Origin: Macrostomum lignano
Taxonomy: Eukaryota
Direction of reading: 5' to 3'
DNA length: 64,000 bases
NCBI GenBank assembly: GCA_002269645.1
Contig: NIVC01000206.1
Span: forward strand, 496,001 to 560,000
Shown here: positions 35,791 to 47,700 of the stretch, piece by piece
Numbering within the stretch: position 1 is the stretch's first letter
How the letters are laid out: each line of letters opens with the position of its first letter
The notes under the pieces: generated by a model
The model's database searches: none
Told to the model about the DNA's origin: nothing
Seen by the model: the letters and a program-made list of their open reading frames with translations, nothing else
Made by a program: the position numbers and the translations under genes

Positions 35791-36589
35791 ATGTTTTGTT
35801 TTTAAGAGGGAATGTCTGTTGTTGTTTTTTAAAGGCTTTATTTCGCTGTCTATTTGTTATTTTTAAAGAACAAGGATTCTATCCAGATGTCCCCCATCGG
35901 GGGGCGAAGATTGCTATCTTCTAATATACTAAAAATGAAATGCTTGGTTGCTTGCTTGTAATTGATTTTCTCCCGAACGGCTCAACCGATTTTCTTCAAA
36001 CTTGCACCATTCGATCAGAAATTTTCCCGGGACGGTACATGCATATTGGCTAAGAAATTGCTCAATGTTAAAGGGATTAAATATTCGAAAAACATGATTT
36101 TTTGCAAAGGTCAAGCAGCTCTTTCGACCTGAAATGCATTGTAAGAATGCTAGAGAAAAATCTGACTGGTTGAATTCTGATTCTGAAATAGATTGCATCA
36201 CAATACACTTTATTTATCGTCTGTGTACTGGCTGAATTTGACACTCAATTGAATTGCGTCACAGCTTTGAGGGTGAAAGTATAGTGCAGTACTGAATTTA
36301 TATTACGTAACCATATTGTTAACTTTCATAGACACTGGTACTGACTTGCCTAAGAAATTGATTATGTCATAACTGCTTCGCGTGACTTTTTACTCTACCT
36401 GACTTGGTGTGAGTGTTGAATTAATTATATAAGTGGTACAAATTCACTGATAACTTCGATGAGAGCTAGCCTAGAGCTGAGCAGACCAGACTGCTAATGC
36501 AGCGACCTAGGTTCGAATCTAAGTAGTTGAAAAGTAGTAGTGTAAAATTTTTTATTAAAAGCTTTTATTAAAGGACTAAGTAAAAACAC

Positions 36590-38495
36590 TTAGATTACTG
36601 CACTCGATAAGCTAAGGATTATTGCTCTTGGCAAACCAAGGAATACTGCACTCGATAAGCCAAGGATTATTGCTCTTGGCAAACCAAGGATTACTGCACT
36701 CGATAAGCCATGGATTATTGCTATTAATAAACCAAGGATTACTGCACTCGATAAGCCAAGGATTATTGCTATTAATAAACCATGAATTACTGCACTCGAT
36801 AAGCCAAGGATTATTGCTATTAATAAACCAAGGATTACTGCACTCATAAGCCATGGATTATTGCTATTAATAAACCAAGGATTACTGCACTCGATAAGCC
36901 AAGGATTATTGCTATTAATAAACCAAGGATTACTGCACTCGATAAACCAAGGATTATTGCTATTAATAAACCAAGGATTACTGCACTCGATAAGCCAAGG
37001 ACTATTGCTATTAATAAACCAAGGATTACTGCACTCAATAAACCAAGGACTATTGCTCTTGGCAAACCAAGGATTACTGCACTCGATAAGCCAAGGACTA
37101 TTGCTCTTGGCAAACCAAGGATTACTGCACTCGATAAGCCATGGATTATTGCTATTAATAAACCAAGGATTACTGCACTCGATAAGCCAAGGATTATTGC
37201 TATTAATAAACTAAGGATTACTGCACTCGATAAACCAAGGATTATTGCTATTAATAAACCAAGGATTATGCACTTGGCAAACCAAGGATTACTGCAATCG
37301 ATAAGCCAAGGATTATTGCTATTAATAAACCAAGCATTACTGCACTCAATAAACCAAGGACTATTGCTATTAATAAACCAAGGATTACTGCACTCAAAAA
37401 ACCAAGGACTATTGCTCTTGGCAAACCAAGGATTACTGCACTCGATAAGCCAAGGATTATTGCTATTAATAAACCAAGGATTACTGCACTCGATAAGCCA
37501 AGGATTATTGCTATTAATAAACCAAGGATTAATGCACTCGATAAACCAAGGATTATTGCTATTAATAAACCAAGGATTACTGCACTCGATAAGCCAAGGA
37601 TTATTGCTATTAATAAACCAAGGATTATGCACTTGGCAAACCAAGGATTACTGCACTCGATAAGCCAAGGATTATTGCTATTAATAAACCAAGGATTACT
37701 GCACTCAATAAACCAAGGACTATTGCTATTAATAAACCAAGGATTACTGCACTCAATAAACCAAGGACTATTGCTCTTGGCAAACCAAGGATTACTGCAC
37801 TCGATAAGCCAAGGACTATTGCTCTTGGCAAACCAAGGATTACTGCACTCGATAAGCCATGGATTATTGCTATTAATAAACCAAGGATTACTGCACTCGA
37901 TAAGCCAAGGATTATTGCTATTAATAAACCAAGGATTACTGCACTCGATAAACCAAGGATTATGCACTTGGCAAACCAAGGATTACTGCACTCGATAAGC
38001 CAAGGATTATTGCTATTAATAAACCAAGGATTACTGCACTCAATAAACCAAGGACTATTGCTATTAATAAACCAAGGATTACTGCACTCAATAAACCAAG
38101 GACTATTGCTCTTGGCAAACCAAGGATTACTGCACTCGATAAGCCAAGGACTATTGCTCTTGGCAAACCAAGGATTACTGCACTCGATAAGCCATGGATT
38201 ATTGCTATTAATAAACCAAGGATTACTGCACTCGATAAGCCAAGGATTATTGCTATTAATAAACCAAGGATTACTGCACTCGATAAGGCATGGATTATTG
38301 CTATTAATAAACCAAGGATTACTGCACTCGATAAGCCAAGGATTATTGCTATTAATAAACCATGAAATACTGCACTCGATAAGCCAAGGATTATTGCTAT
38401 TAATAAACCAAGGATTACTGCACTCGATAAGCCATGGATTATTGCTATTAATAAACTAAGGATTACTGCACTCGATAGCCAAGGATTACTGCGCT
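36590..38495. repeat. Minisatellite, 48-bp dimer of two 24-bp halves (CCAAGGATTACTGCACTCGATAAG / CCAAGGATTATTGCTATTAATAAA)
   Basis: Visible array with higher-order blocks of about 335-360 bp. Confidence 0.97.
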
Positions 38496-38894
38496 TGATA
38501 AGCTTGGCTACATGTATAGGATTATTTCTATCCAGGGATGCTTGCTATTTAGGGATTCTTGCTATGTGCAGGATGCTTGCTATCTGGAAGGATGCTTCTA
38601 CATTATTTGGGGTATGCTTGCTATCTGCAAGATGCTTGCTATCTGCAAGATGCTTGCTATCTGCAGATGCTTGCTATCTGGGTGGATGCTTGCTAGGAGT
38701 ATTAGGGGATGCTTGCTACTGGGGGGATGCTTGCTGTCTTGGGAATATTTTCTATTTAGGGGTAATGACTAAAATTCATGAGAGCTAGCCTAGAGGTAAA
38801 CAGACTAAACTGCTAAATGCAGGGACGATGGTTCGAATTTTTAGAGAGTAGAGTTTTTTTAATTAAAGCCTTTTAACGCCAAGACAAAAAAAAT

Positions 38895-39815
38895 TATGGA
38901 AGCGTCATGTAAACAATCATACAAGCGTCATGTAAACAATCATAGAAGCGTCATGTAAACAATCATAGAAGCGTCATGTAAAAATCATAGAAGCGTCATG
39001 TAAAAATCATAGAAACGTAATGTAAACAATCATAGAAGCGTCATGTTAAAATCATAAAAGCGTCATGTAAACAATCATACAAGCGTCATGTAAACAATCA
39101 TAGAAGCGTCATGTAAAAAAATCATAGAAGCGTCATGTTAAAATCATAAAAGCGTCATAAAAAATCATAGAAGCGTCATGCAAGCAATCATAGAAGCGTA
39201 ATGTAAACAATCATAGAAGCGTCATGTTAAAATCATACAAGCGTCATGTAAACAATCATACAAGCGTCATGTAAACAATCATAGAAGCGTCATGTAAAAA
39301 AATCATAGAAGCGTCATGTTAAAATCATAGAAGCGTCATGTAAACAATCATAGAAGCGTCATGTAAACAATCATAGAAGCGTCATGTAAAAATCATAGAA
39401 GCGTCATGTAAAAATCATAGAAGCGTCATGTAAACAATCATAAAAGCGTCATGTAAACAATCATAGAAGCGTCATGTATACAATCATAGAAGCGTCATGT
39501 AAACAATCATAGAAGCGTCATGTAAAAAATCATAGAAGCGTCATGTAAAAATCATAGAAGCGTCATGTAAAAATCATAGAAGCGTCATGTAAAAATCATA
39601 GAAGCGTCATGTAAAAATCATAGAAGCGTCATGTAAAAAATCATAGAAGCGTCATGTAAAAATCATAAAAGCGTCATGTAAAAAATCATAGAAGCGTCAT
39701 GTAAACAATCATACAAGCGTCATGTAAACAATCATAGAAGCGTCATGTAAAAATCATACAAGCGTCATGTAAACAAGCATAGAAGCGTCATGAAAAAATT
39801 ATAGAAGCCTCATAT
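38895..39815. repeat. Minisatellite, 22-23-bp unit CATGTAAACAATCATAGAAGCGT
   Basis: Visible array, about 40 copies. Confidence 0.97.
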
Positions 39816-40760
39816 AAAAACTAATGAAAGTGTGTCATTTAAAAAATTAAGAAGCATCATGGAAGAATAAAAGAAGCGTAACGTAAAAATCAAAAGAAGC
39901 TTCATGTCAGACATGAAAGAAATGTCATATAAAAATTAAATGAAGCTATAGTACAGTGCTGTGCTGGGGAGAATTACTGAGACGTCAAGGCTCACAGAGA
40001 ATAACTGAGATTACAGGGGGGTTTCTGAGATGTTAAAGCAAAAGTCAGAAGCTACTTCAAAGTACATGTACTTTACTTAAGTTTTTTATTGCATTCTTTG
40101 TTGGCTTGCCACGGTGGGGGGGGGCGCTGATAGAAGAAGAGTCATGTAAAAATAAAAGGAGCACTATGTATACATAAAATAAAAGTCATGTCAAAGTTAA
40201 AAGATTCATTTGGGAATTGCTACGATGTCAAAGCTTGGAGGGAATCGTTATAGTGCTGTGATTCTTAAAGAAGGAATCACTTAAATGCCAAGGCTTAGGG
40301 AAGAAGAATTGCTGTGATTTCAAGGCTTTAGGTTGGGTGAAAGTTAGGTTTACGTCAGGTTTGGGTTGAGGGTTAGATTTTAGCGCGTTTCAAGGTTAAC
40401 AGGGGATTTTTTAGATTTCAAGGTTTATGGGGGGCATCGCTGACATGTCAATGCTTACGAGGGGAATCTATCTATCTATCTATAGCTGAGATGTCAAGGC
40501 TCACGGGGGAATAAATGAGATGTCAAGGCTAATGTCAGAAGCTACATGTAGTTTATTGGAAAAAAGTTATTACATTATTTGTTGGCTCCTCACGGGAGGG
40601 ATCGCTGATAGAAAAAGCGTAATGTAAAAAAAAGAAGCTTTATGTCAAAGTTAAGAGATTCATTTGGGAATCCCTACGATGTCGAGGCTTGCAGGGAATC
40701 GCTATAATGCTGTAGTAGTGCTATAGACTCTTAGAGAGAATTACTGAAATTTCAATGCTT

Positions 40761-40793
40761 TAGGGTTAGGGTTAGGGTTAGGGTTAGGGTTAG
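40761..40793 (+). repeat. Interstitial telomeric repeat (TTAGGG)5
   Basis: Directly visible. Confidence 0.95.
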
Positions 40794-41399
40794 AAAATAG
40801 ACAGATTTTTTAAGATTTCAAGGCTTGTGGGAGCATTGCTGAGATGTCAAGGGGGGAGTTTATATGTTAAGGCTTGTGGGGGGGGATTGCTGACATGTCA
40901 AGGCTTACAAGGGTACTGGTAGCGTACTGAAGCATACTGGTAGAAGTAGCTCTGAAAGAAGGCAAGTATGGTTGAATTTCAATGTCTGTTATAAAATTCT
41001 GCACAAACATGTTTTATTGGTACATAAGCCTGGAATTAAAATGAGAATTCGATTCCTAGCCCCCCTCCCTAAGAATTTTTTTTCATTTAAAAGGATTCGT
41101 CCCTTGCTTATTGGCCACCCCGAAGGCCATTTTTTATCAAAAATGATAAAAATAATTTTTATCAAACACGTTGACATATACAGGGCTCTAAACTAAAAAC
41201 TGTAAAAAGTTGATAGTTTTGTTTTACCTAAAATGCGTTATTAACGATCTCCAAAAATTCCTATTTTAAGCTTAAGCTTAAGAAAAACACTTAAAGTACT
41301 CCTGCTAAAAGGTATATTATATTAGACGAATATTAATTATTTCTGCTCCCCGAAGGGGGGCAAAACTTTAGCTAGTTATAGACTAAATTTTCATGTTAC

Positions 41400-41620
41400 A
41401 TCAAATTTGAGAAATCTAAACTATGATTGGGGAATGTCTAGATTTGGAATTCGATGTGTCTATTAAATCAAGAATGGGAGATGTCTAGACCGTGATTGGA
41501 AGATGTCTAGACTAGGATTTGGATTTGTCTAGACCATGATTGATATTTGTCTAGATCAGGACTGGGAGTTGTCTAAATCACGATTGATCCCGACAGTTAA
41601 TTGATATTTGTCTAAATGCT
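41400..41620. repeat. Degenerate minisatellite, about 22-bp unit (TGTCTAGA core)
   Basis: Repeated ATGTCTAGA/TTGTCTAGA at about 22-bp spacing. Confidence 0.75.
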
Positions 41621-41766
41621 TTCGTAATAAGTAGAACCTAGGTATGTATTTGGCATTGAAGAAGACAATTGCTTTCTTTGAAAGAGGTCTTTTGCTATTC
41701 TAATTATTGTTTACTGCACAGGACTAATAGTTTTTCTACTCTAAAATTCTCACTACTTGTGAGTAG

Positions 41767-44700
41767 GCACGGTCGAGCAAAGCAAACTGCTTCCGCAGCA
41801 GGCAGCGCTGCTGTTGAAGACAACGTCTATCGATTGAATCACCTGCCCTGGGTGGCCCTGACAGAATCAGATAGTCACGTGCTCGATTCAACATTGACGT
41901 CATTGAAATCGCGCTCGATGGCCACAGTTCTAGCTGGGGCTAGATTTTTTAAAGACGTTCTGGCTCGCGATTTTCCAGCGGAAGTGTTTCTACAGAGGAG
42001 CGGACTGCTAGCCTGTCTGGTTGGCTTGGCGGCTGGCGGCAACGGAGGCGGCGGCAAGGAGGCGAACTCCGGCGAGTCGGCAGTTGCCGAGCTGGCCATT
42101 GATTCTCTGCTGCTGTATAGCGACAGATTGGCCGAAAGAATAGGACAGGTATGTGCTGTTGGGCTACGTTTTACCGGACAGTTTAAGAGTAGAATAAAGT
42201 TCAGAGTATAACCCGGACAATTTCAGCGTAGAATCCGGACAGTTTCATAATAGAACACGGACAATTTCAGAGTAGAATCCGGACAGTTTCAGAATAGAAC
42301 TCGGACAGTTTCAGAATTGAGATTGGACGGTTTCAGAATAGAACTCGGACAGTTTTAGAATAGAACTCGGACAGTTTCAGAATAGAACTCGGACAGTTTC
42401 AGAATAGAACTCGGACAGTTTCAGATTAAAACGACTGTTTCAGAATAGAATCCGGACAGTTTCAGAATAGAATCCGGACAGTTTCAGAATAGAATCCGGA
42501 CAGTTTCAGAATAGAATCCGGACAGTTTCAGAATAGAACTCGGACAGTTTCAGAATAGAACTCGGACAGTTTCAGAATAGAACTCGGACTGTTTCAGAAT
42601 AGAACCCGGACAGTTTCAGAAGAGAACCCGGACAGTTTCATAATAGAACGTACATATACCCTAACCAAGCGAAGCCAAACCAAACCAAGGCATTAGATCC
42701 GGATTGTCACGTGCCGCCTCGTTCAGCCGTGCGTCGACGTCAATCTGCCAACGAAGACGGCCGCGACGATCGTGACGAACAGCGCGACGACGCGGCAGAA
42801 GACTTTACGGACAACGACGAAGACGAGAATAACAGTTTAGATTGGAACGCCGCCGATTCAACTGCTCTAGTGGATCCCGATCTGCAGTGGTCGGCTCCTC
42901 GGTGCGCCATCGAATTGGCCGGAGTTGCCGTCGGCTGGCTAGGCAGGGCCACTGTTGAAGCTTCGTCATCGCCGTCAACTCGTAGACTGCAATTGTCTCT
43001 GAGCGGAGCCAGCCTGCTAGGGATGTGCATCGGTGAGGATGCCTGTCTGGCTTCTATGCCCGACCGTCTGGCTGGGCTGCTGGACCTGTGGGCCACTGTG
43101 CTGCATCGGCGGAGTCTGCGCGATGAAGTTTCTGCGCCAGCAGATGTAGCTCTGGCTTATCGACGAGTGTACGCTACTCTGCTACCCTGCCTAATCGATT
43201 TAACTATGCGCCTGGCTGTTAACTCGTCCGGTTGCGTTAGCGATGTTGCCTGGCAACGGTTGCCAAGGTCTACTAGGCAAGAATTATTAGAGGCGTGCCG
43301 TTGCGAAGCTAGTCTATTAGGCCTTTCGAATTATCGAAGGCGGCAATTATTGACTCTGCTATTTTCTTCCGGTGTTGAGCCGGCCAGCGCTGACTGTCTG
43401 GTTGAACGGCGCAGCTTGGACAGTCTCGGCCTGGCCATGTCGGCCGCCTGTCGGTTTCTTCGACAGGCTCCGGATGCCGCTGGATCGTCGGTTGAACTGT
43501 TCGAACTGTTGGACGAAGTGGCGCCAGTAGCTTTGCCGGCTGTTGGCGTGGCCGGTTGCGTCGGCTTTGTAGTGCAATTTGTTCAGGCCTATTCCAGAGC
43601 TTTGGCTATGCGTGACTCGGCATCTGCGGCCGCTAGAGGCGTGTTGCTAGGCCTGCTGGCGCATAGGCAGGCCACGTTGAGAAAGCGTACCTATGCTACC
43701 TGCCTGTTCGTGCTGCAGACTGCCCTGTCGATTGATTCGGCTATGGAGCCTGGGAGTTGCGAATTTCGGCGGGCTAGGTTCCTGTTGGATAGGGACGTGC
43801 TGTACCAGGTGCGAAGTTAGGGGCTTCTCAAGTTCAAAGCTTCATCATGAGCTCGATTCTAATACAGAGCTTCTCAAGTTCAATGCTTCATCATAAGCTC
43901 GATTATAATACACAGCTTCTCAATTTCAAAGCTTCATCATGAGCTCGATTCTAGTACACAGCTTCTCAAGTTCAAAGCTTCATCATAAGCTCGATTATAA
44001 TACACAGCTTCTCAATTTCAAAGCTTCATCATGAGCTCGATTATAATACACAGCTTCTCAAGTTCAATGCTTCATCATAAGCTCGATTCTAATACACAGC
44101 TTCTCAAGTTCAATGCTTCATCATAAGCTGGATTCTAATACACAGCTTCTCAAGTTCAGTGCTTCATCATAAGCTCGATTGTAATACACAGCTTCTCAAG
44201 TTCAGTGCTTCATCATAAGCTCGATTGTAATACACAGCTTCTCAAGTTCAAAGCTTCATCATGAGCTCGATTTTAGTACACAGCTTCTCAATTTCAAAGC
44301 TTCATCACAAGCTCGATTGTAATACACAGCTTCTTAACTTTAAAGCTTCATCATAAGCTCGATTACTCGACACTGTTTTTACTACTGCATCAACGGTCTT
44401 ATAATAAAACTTTTTTATGGTTTAAAAAATGAATTAACTTCACTACAGATCGCCATGTTCGGCTTAGACTCTGAGGCGCCGCCCGAAGTACGAGAGATGG
44501 CCCAGGAGCTGCTCTGCCGTGTGCTTGAATCAAGGCCCTATACTGATGCTGACACCTGGCGCAGGGTAGTGGAAACCTGTCAGCTAGTTTTGCCTGTTTT
44601 GCAGGTAAAAATTTTTTTGGCCTTTTTAATCAATTCAGTATGCAACTATATGTAACTAATGACGGTCATAGCGTCATAAAAAGACAGACTGAGCGGGAGA

Positions 44701-47700
44701 TAGACAGATAGAGTGAGAGAAGATAGACATAGTGGGAGATAGACAGATAGGGTGGGAGATAAACAGATAGAGTAGGAGATAGACAGATAGAGTGGGAGAT
44801 AGACAGATAGAGTGAGAGATAAACAGATACAGTGAGAGATAGACAGATAGAGTGGGAGATAGACAGATAGAGTGGGAGATAGACAGATAGAGTGGGAGAT
44901 AGACAGATAGAGTGGGAGATAGACAGATAGAGTGGGAGATAGACAGATAGAGTGGGAGATAGACAGATAGAGTGAGAGATAGACAGATAGAGTGGGAGAT
45001 AGACAGATAGAGTGGGAGATAGACAGATAGAGTGGGAGATAGACAGATAGGGTGGGAGATAAACAGATAGAGTAGGAGATAGACAGATAGAGTGGGAGAT
45101 AGACAGATAGGGTGGGAGATAAACAGATAGAGTAGGAGATAGACAGATAGAGTGGGAGATAGACAGATAGAGTGGGAGATAGACAGATAGAGTGGGAGAT
45201 AGACAGATAGAGTGAGAGATAAACAGATAGAGTGAGAGATAGACAGATAGAGTGGGAGATAGACAGATAGAGTGGGAGATAGACAGATAGAGTGGGAGAT
45301 AGACAGATAGAGTGGGTGATAGACAGATAGAGTAGGAGATAGACAGATAGAGTAGGAAATAGACAGATAGAGTGGGAGATAGACAGATAGAGTGGGAGAT
45401 AGACAGGTAGAGAGGGAGATAGATAGAGAGGAATATAGAGTGGTGGACAGACAGACAGTGCGGGAGACAGACTGAGCGGGAGATAGATGGAGTGGGTGTG
45501 AGATAAAATATGAAGAGCGTGATCGATAAATAAGGGAGCTATTAATGAATACACCGGCAGCCACCAGTAGACGAAAACTGGCTGATATGTATCGAAATGG
45601 CCAGACATAGAGCTACATGTACATTCACACTCGTTGCACCCAACAGGCGCACACAGACCTGGAGTCGGGATTCGGCCGCTGCCTGCTGGCATTCTGCGGC
45701 ACCCAGTCCAGCCCAGTGGCCGACGCCATGTCTCGCCTACAGCGAATCCGCGCCTGTCTTCGCCTGCTCTACTCGCCAGACGTTGACGTTCGTCGCGAAG
45801 GCGTAGCCCGAGCTTGCGCTTTTCTAACGGCCGAAACCGATTCGGACGCGAAGCAGCCGGTGTTTCTCGACGTCAATCTCAAGCATATGATGAATTTAGT
45901 GTATGTTGATCAGCAACAGCCGAGGCAGTTGGAGACCGCGTCAACTCTAGATCCATCTATGCAGATTGAAGGGTTGAATAAAGTGTACGAGATTTTCCGG
46001 CGCGGCCCGTCCGAGGGCGGAGTTGATCCGGCTGTGAGGAAAAGTGCCGGAGAGCAGGTGAATTATTGATTTATTGATTGATGGCTTTTGGCAGGAACAT
46101 TCATGTGACATCCTTCGTTATAGAGTTTCTAAAATGTTCTGGTGCCACTCGGATCTGTGTTCCCCCTCTCAGCTCCCTCTCCCCCTCTCTCAGATTCCTC
46201 TCCCCCTCTCAGCTCCCTCTTCCCCCTCTCAGATCCCTCTCCCCCTCTCTCAGATTCCTCTCCCCCTCTCAGCTCCCTCTTTCCCCTCTCAGATCCCTCT
46301 CCCCCTCTCTCAGATTCCTCTCCCCCTCTCAGCTCCTTATTCCCCCTCTCAGCTCCTTATTCCACCTCTCAGATCCCTCTCCCCCTCTCAGATCCCTCTC
46401 CCCCTCTCTCAGATTCCTCTCCCCCTCTCAGCTCCCTCTTCCCCCTCTCAGATCCCTCTCCCCCTCTCTCAGATTCCTCTCCCCCTCTCAGCTCCTTATT
46501 CCACCTCTCAGATCCCTCTCCCCCTCTCAGTTCCCTCTCCCCCCTCTAAGATCCCTCTCCCCCTCTCAGTTCCCTCTCCCCCCTCTCTCAGATTCCTCTC
46601 CCCCTCTCAGCTCCTTATTCCACCTCTCAGATCCCTCTCCCCCTCTCAGTTCCCTCTCCCCCCTCTCAGATTCCTCTCCCCCTCTCAGCTCCCTCTCCCC
46701 CTCTCAGATCCCTCTCCCCCTCTCAGATCCCTCTCCCCCTCTCAGATCCCTCTCCCCCTCTCTCAGATCCCTCTCCCCCTCTCTCAGATTCCTCTCCCCC
46801 TCTCAGCTCCCTCTCCCCCCTCTCAGATCCCTCTCCCCCTCTCAGATCCCTCTCCCCCTCTCAGATCCCTCTCCCCCCTCTCAGATCCCTCTCCCCCTCT
46901 CTCAGATTCCTCTCCCCTCTCAGCTCCCTCTCCCCCCTCTCAGATCCCTCTCTCCCTCTCAGATCCCTCTCCCCCCTCTCAGTTCCCTCTCCCCCCTCTC
47001 AGATCCCTCTCCCCCTCTCAGTTCCCTCTCCCCCCTCTCAGATCCCTCTCCCCCTCTCAGTTCCCTCTCCCCCTCTCAGATTCCTCTCCCCCTCTCAGTT
47101 CCCTCTCCCCCCTCTCAGATCCCTCTCCCCCTCTCAGTTCCCTCTCCCCCTCTCAGATCCCTCTCCCCCTCTCAGCTCCCTCTCCCCCTCTCAGCTCCCT
47201 CTCCCCCTCTCTCAGATCCCTTTTCTCTTCTCTCAGATCCCTCTCCCCCTCTCAGCTCCCTTCCCCCCTCTCTCAGATCCCTTTTCTATTCTCTCAGATC
47301 CCTCTCCCCCCTCTCAGTTCCCTCTCCCCCTTTCTCAGATCCCTTTTCTCTTCTCTCAGATCCCTCTCCCCTTCTCAGCTCCCTCTCCCCCTCTCTCAGA
47401 TCCCTTTTCTCTTCTCTCAGATCCCTCTCCCCCTCTCAGCTCCCTCTTCCTCTCTCTCAGATCCCTCTTCCTCTCTCTCAGATCCCTCTTCCTCTCTCTC
47501 AGATCCCCCTTCCCCTCTCAGATCCCTCTTCCTCTCTTAAGACCCCTCTTCCCCCTCGCTCAGATCTCTCTTGCCCATCTCTTAGATAATTCCTTCTTAC
47601 TTGGTGTTTCTCTCTCATACTCTATCTCTAAAAAGTAAATTTTCTAAACATTTGTATCCCCATTCCGTCACCAACAGGTGAGCATATTCCTGCAGAATCC

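Larger units (their letters stand above)
33350..35919 (+). mobile_element. Non-autonomous Helitron unit U3 carrying a 23-bp and a 17-18-bp minisatellite
   Basis: 5' TCGTATATACTAAAAATG...GGCTCAACCGATTTTCTTCAAACTTGCACC; 3' hairpin CCCCC-ATC-GGGGG at 35891-35903 followed by a degenerate CTAT. Confidence 0.7.
35920..41375 (+). mobile_element. Non-autonomous Helitron unit U4 with canonical 3' end, carrying several minisatellites and (TTAGGG)5
   Basis: 5' TCTAATATACTAAAAATG, with about 550 bp homologous to U3; 3' hairpin GCTCCCC-GAA-GGGGGGC (41345-41361), 10-nt spacer, CTAG|T (41372-41376). Confidence 0.75.

Noticed and set aside
35035-38459. Long ORFs (GGCLLS, NPWFIN, NQGLL repeats) on both strands
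   Set aside because: They are translations of stop-free minisatellites in several frames at once, with no splice context or non-repetitive domain.
36590-38495. Alternating constant/variable 24-bp halves resembling a CRISPR array
   Set aside because: The putative spacers are themselves repeated, there are no cas genes, and the context is eukaryotic.
44646-47589. 296-503-aa S/L/P-rich ORFs
   Set aside because: They are translations of intronic purine- or pyrimidine-rich arrays inside RTTN.
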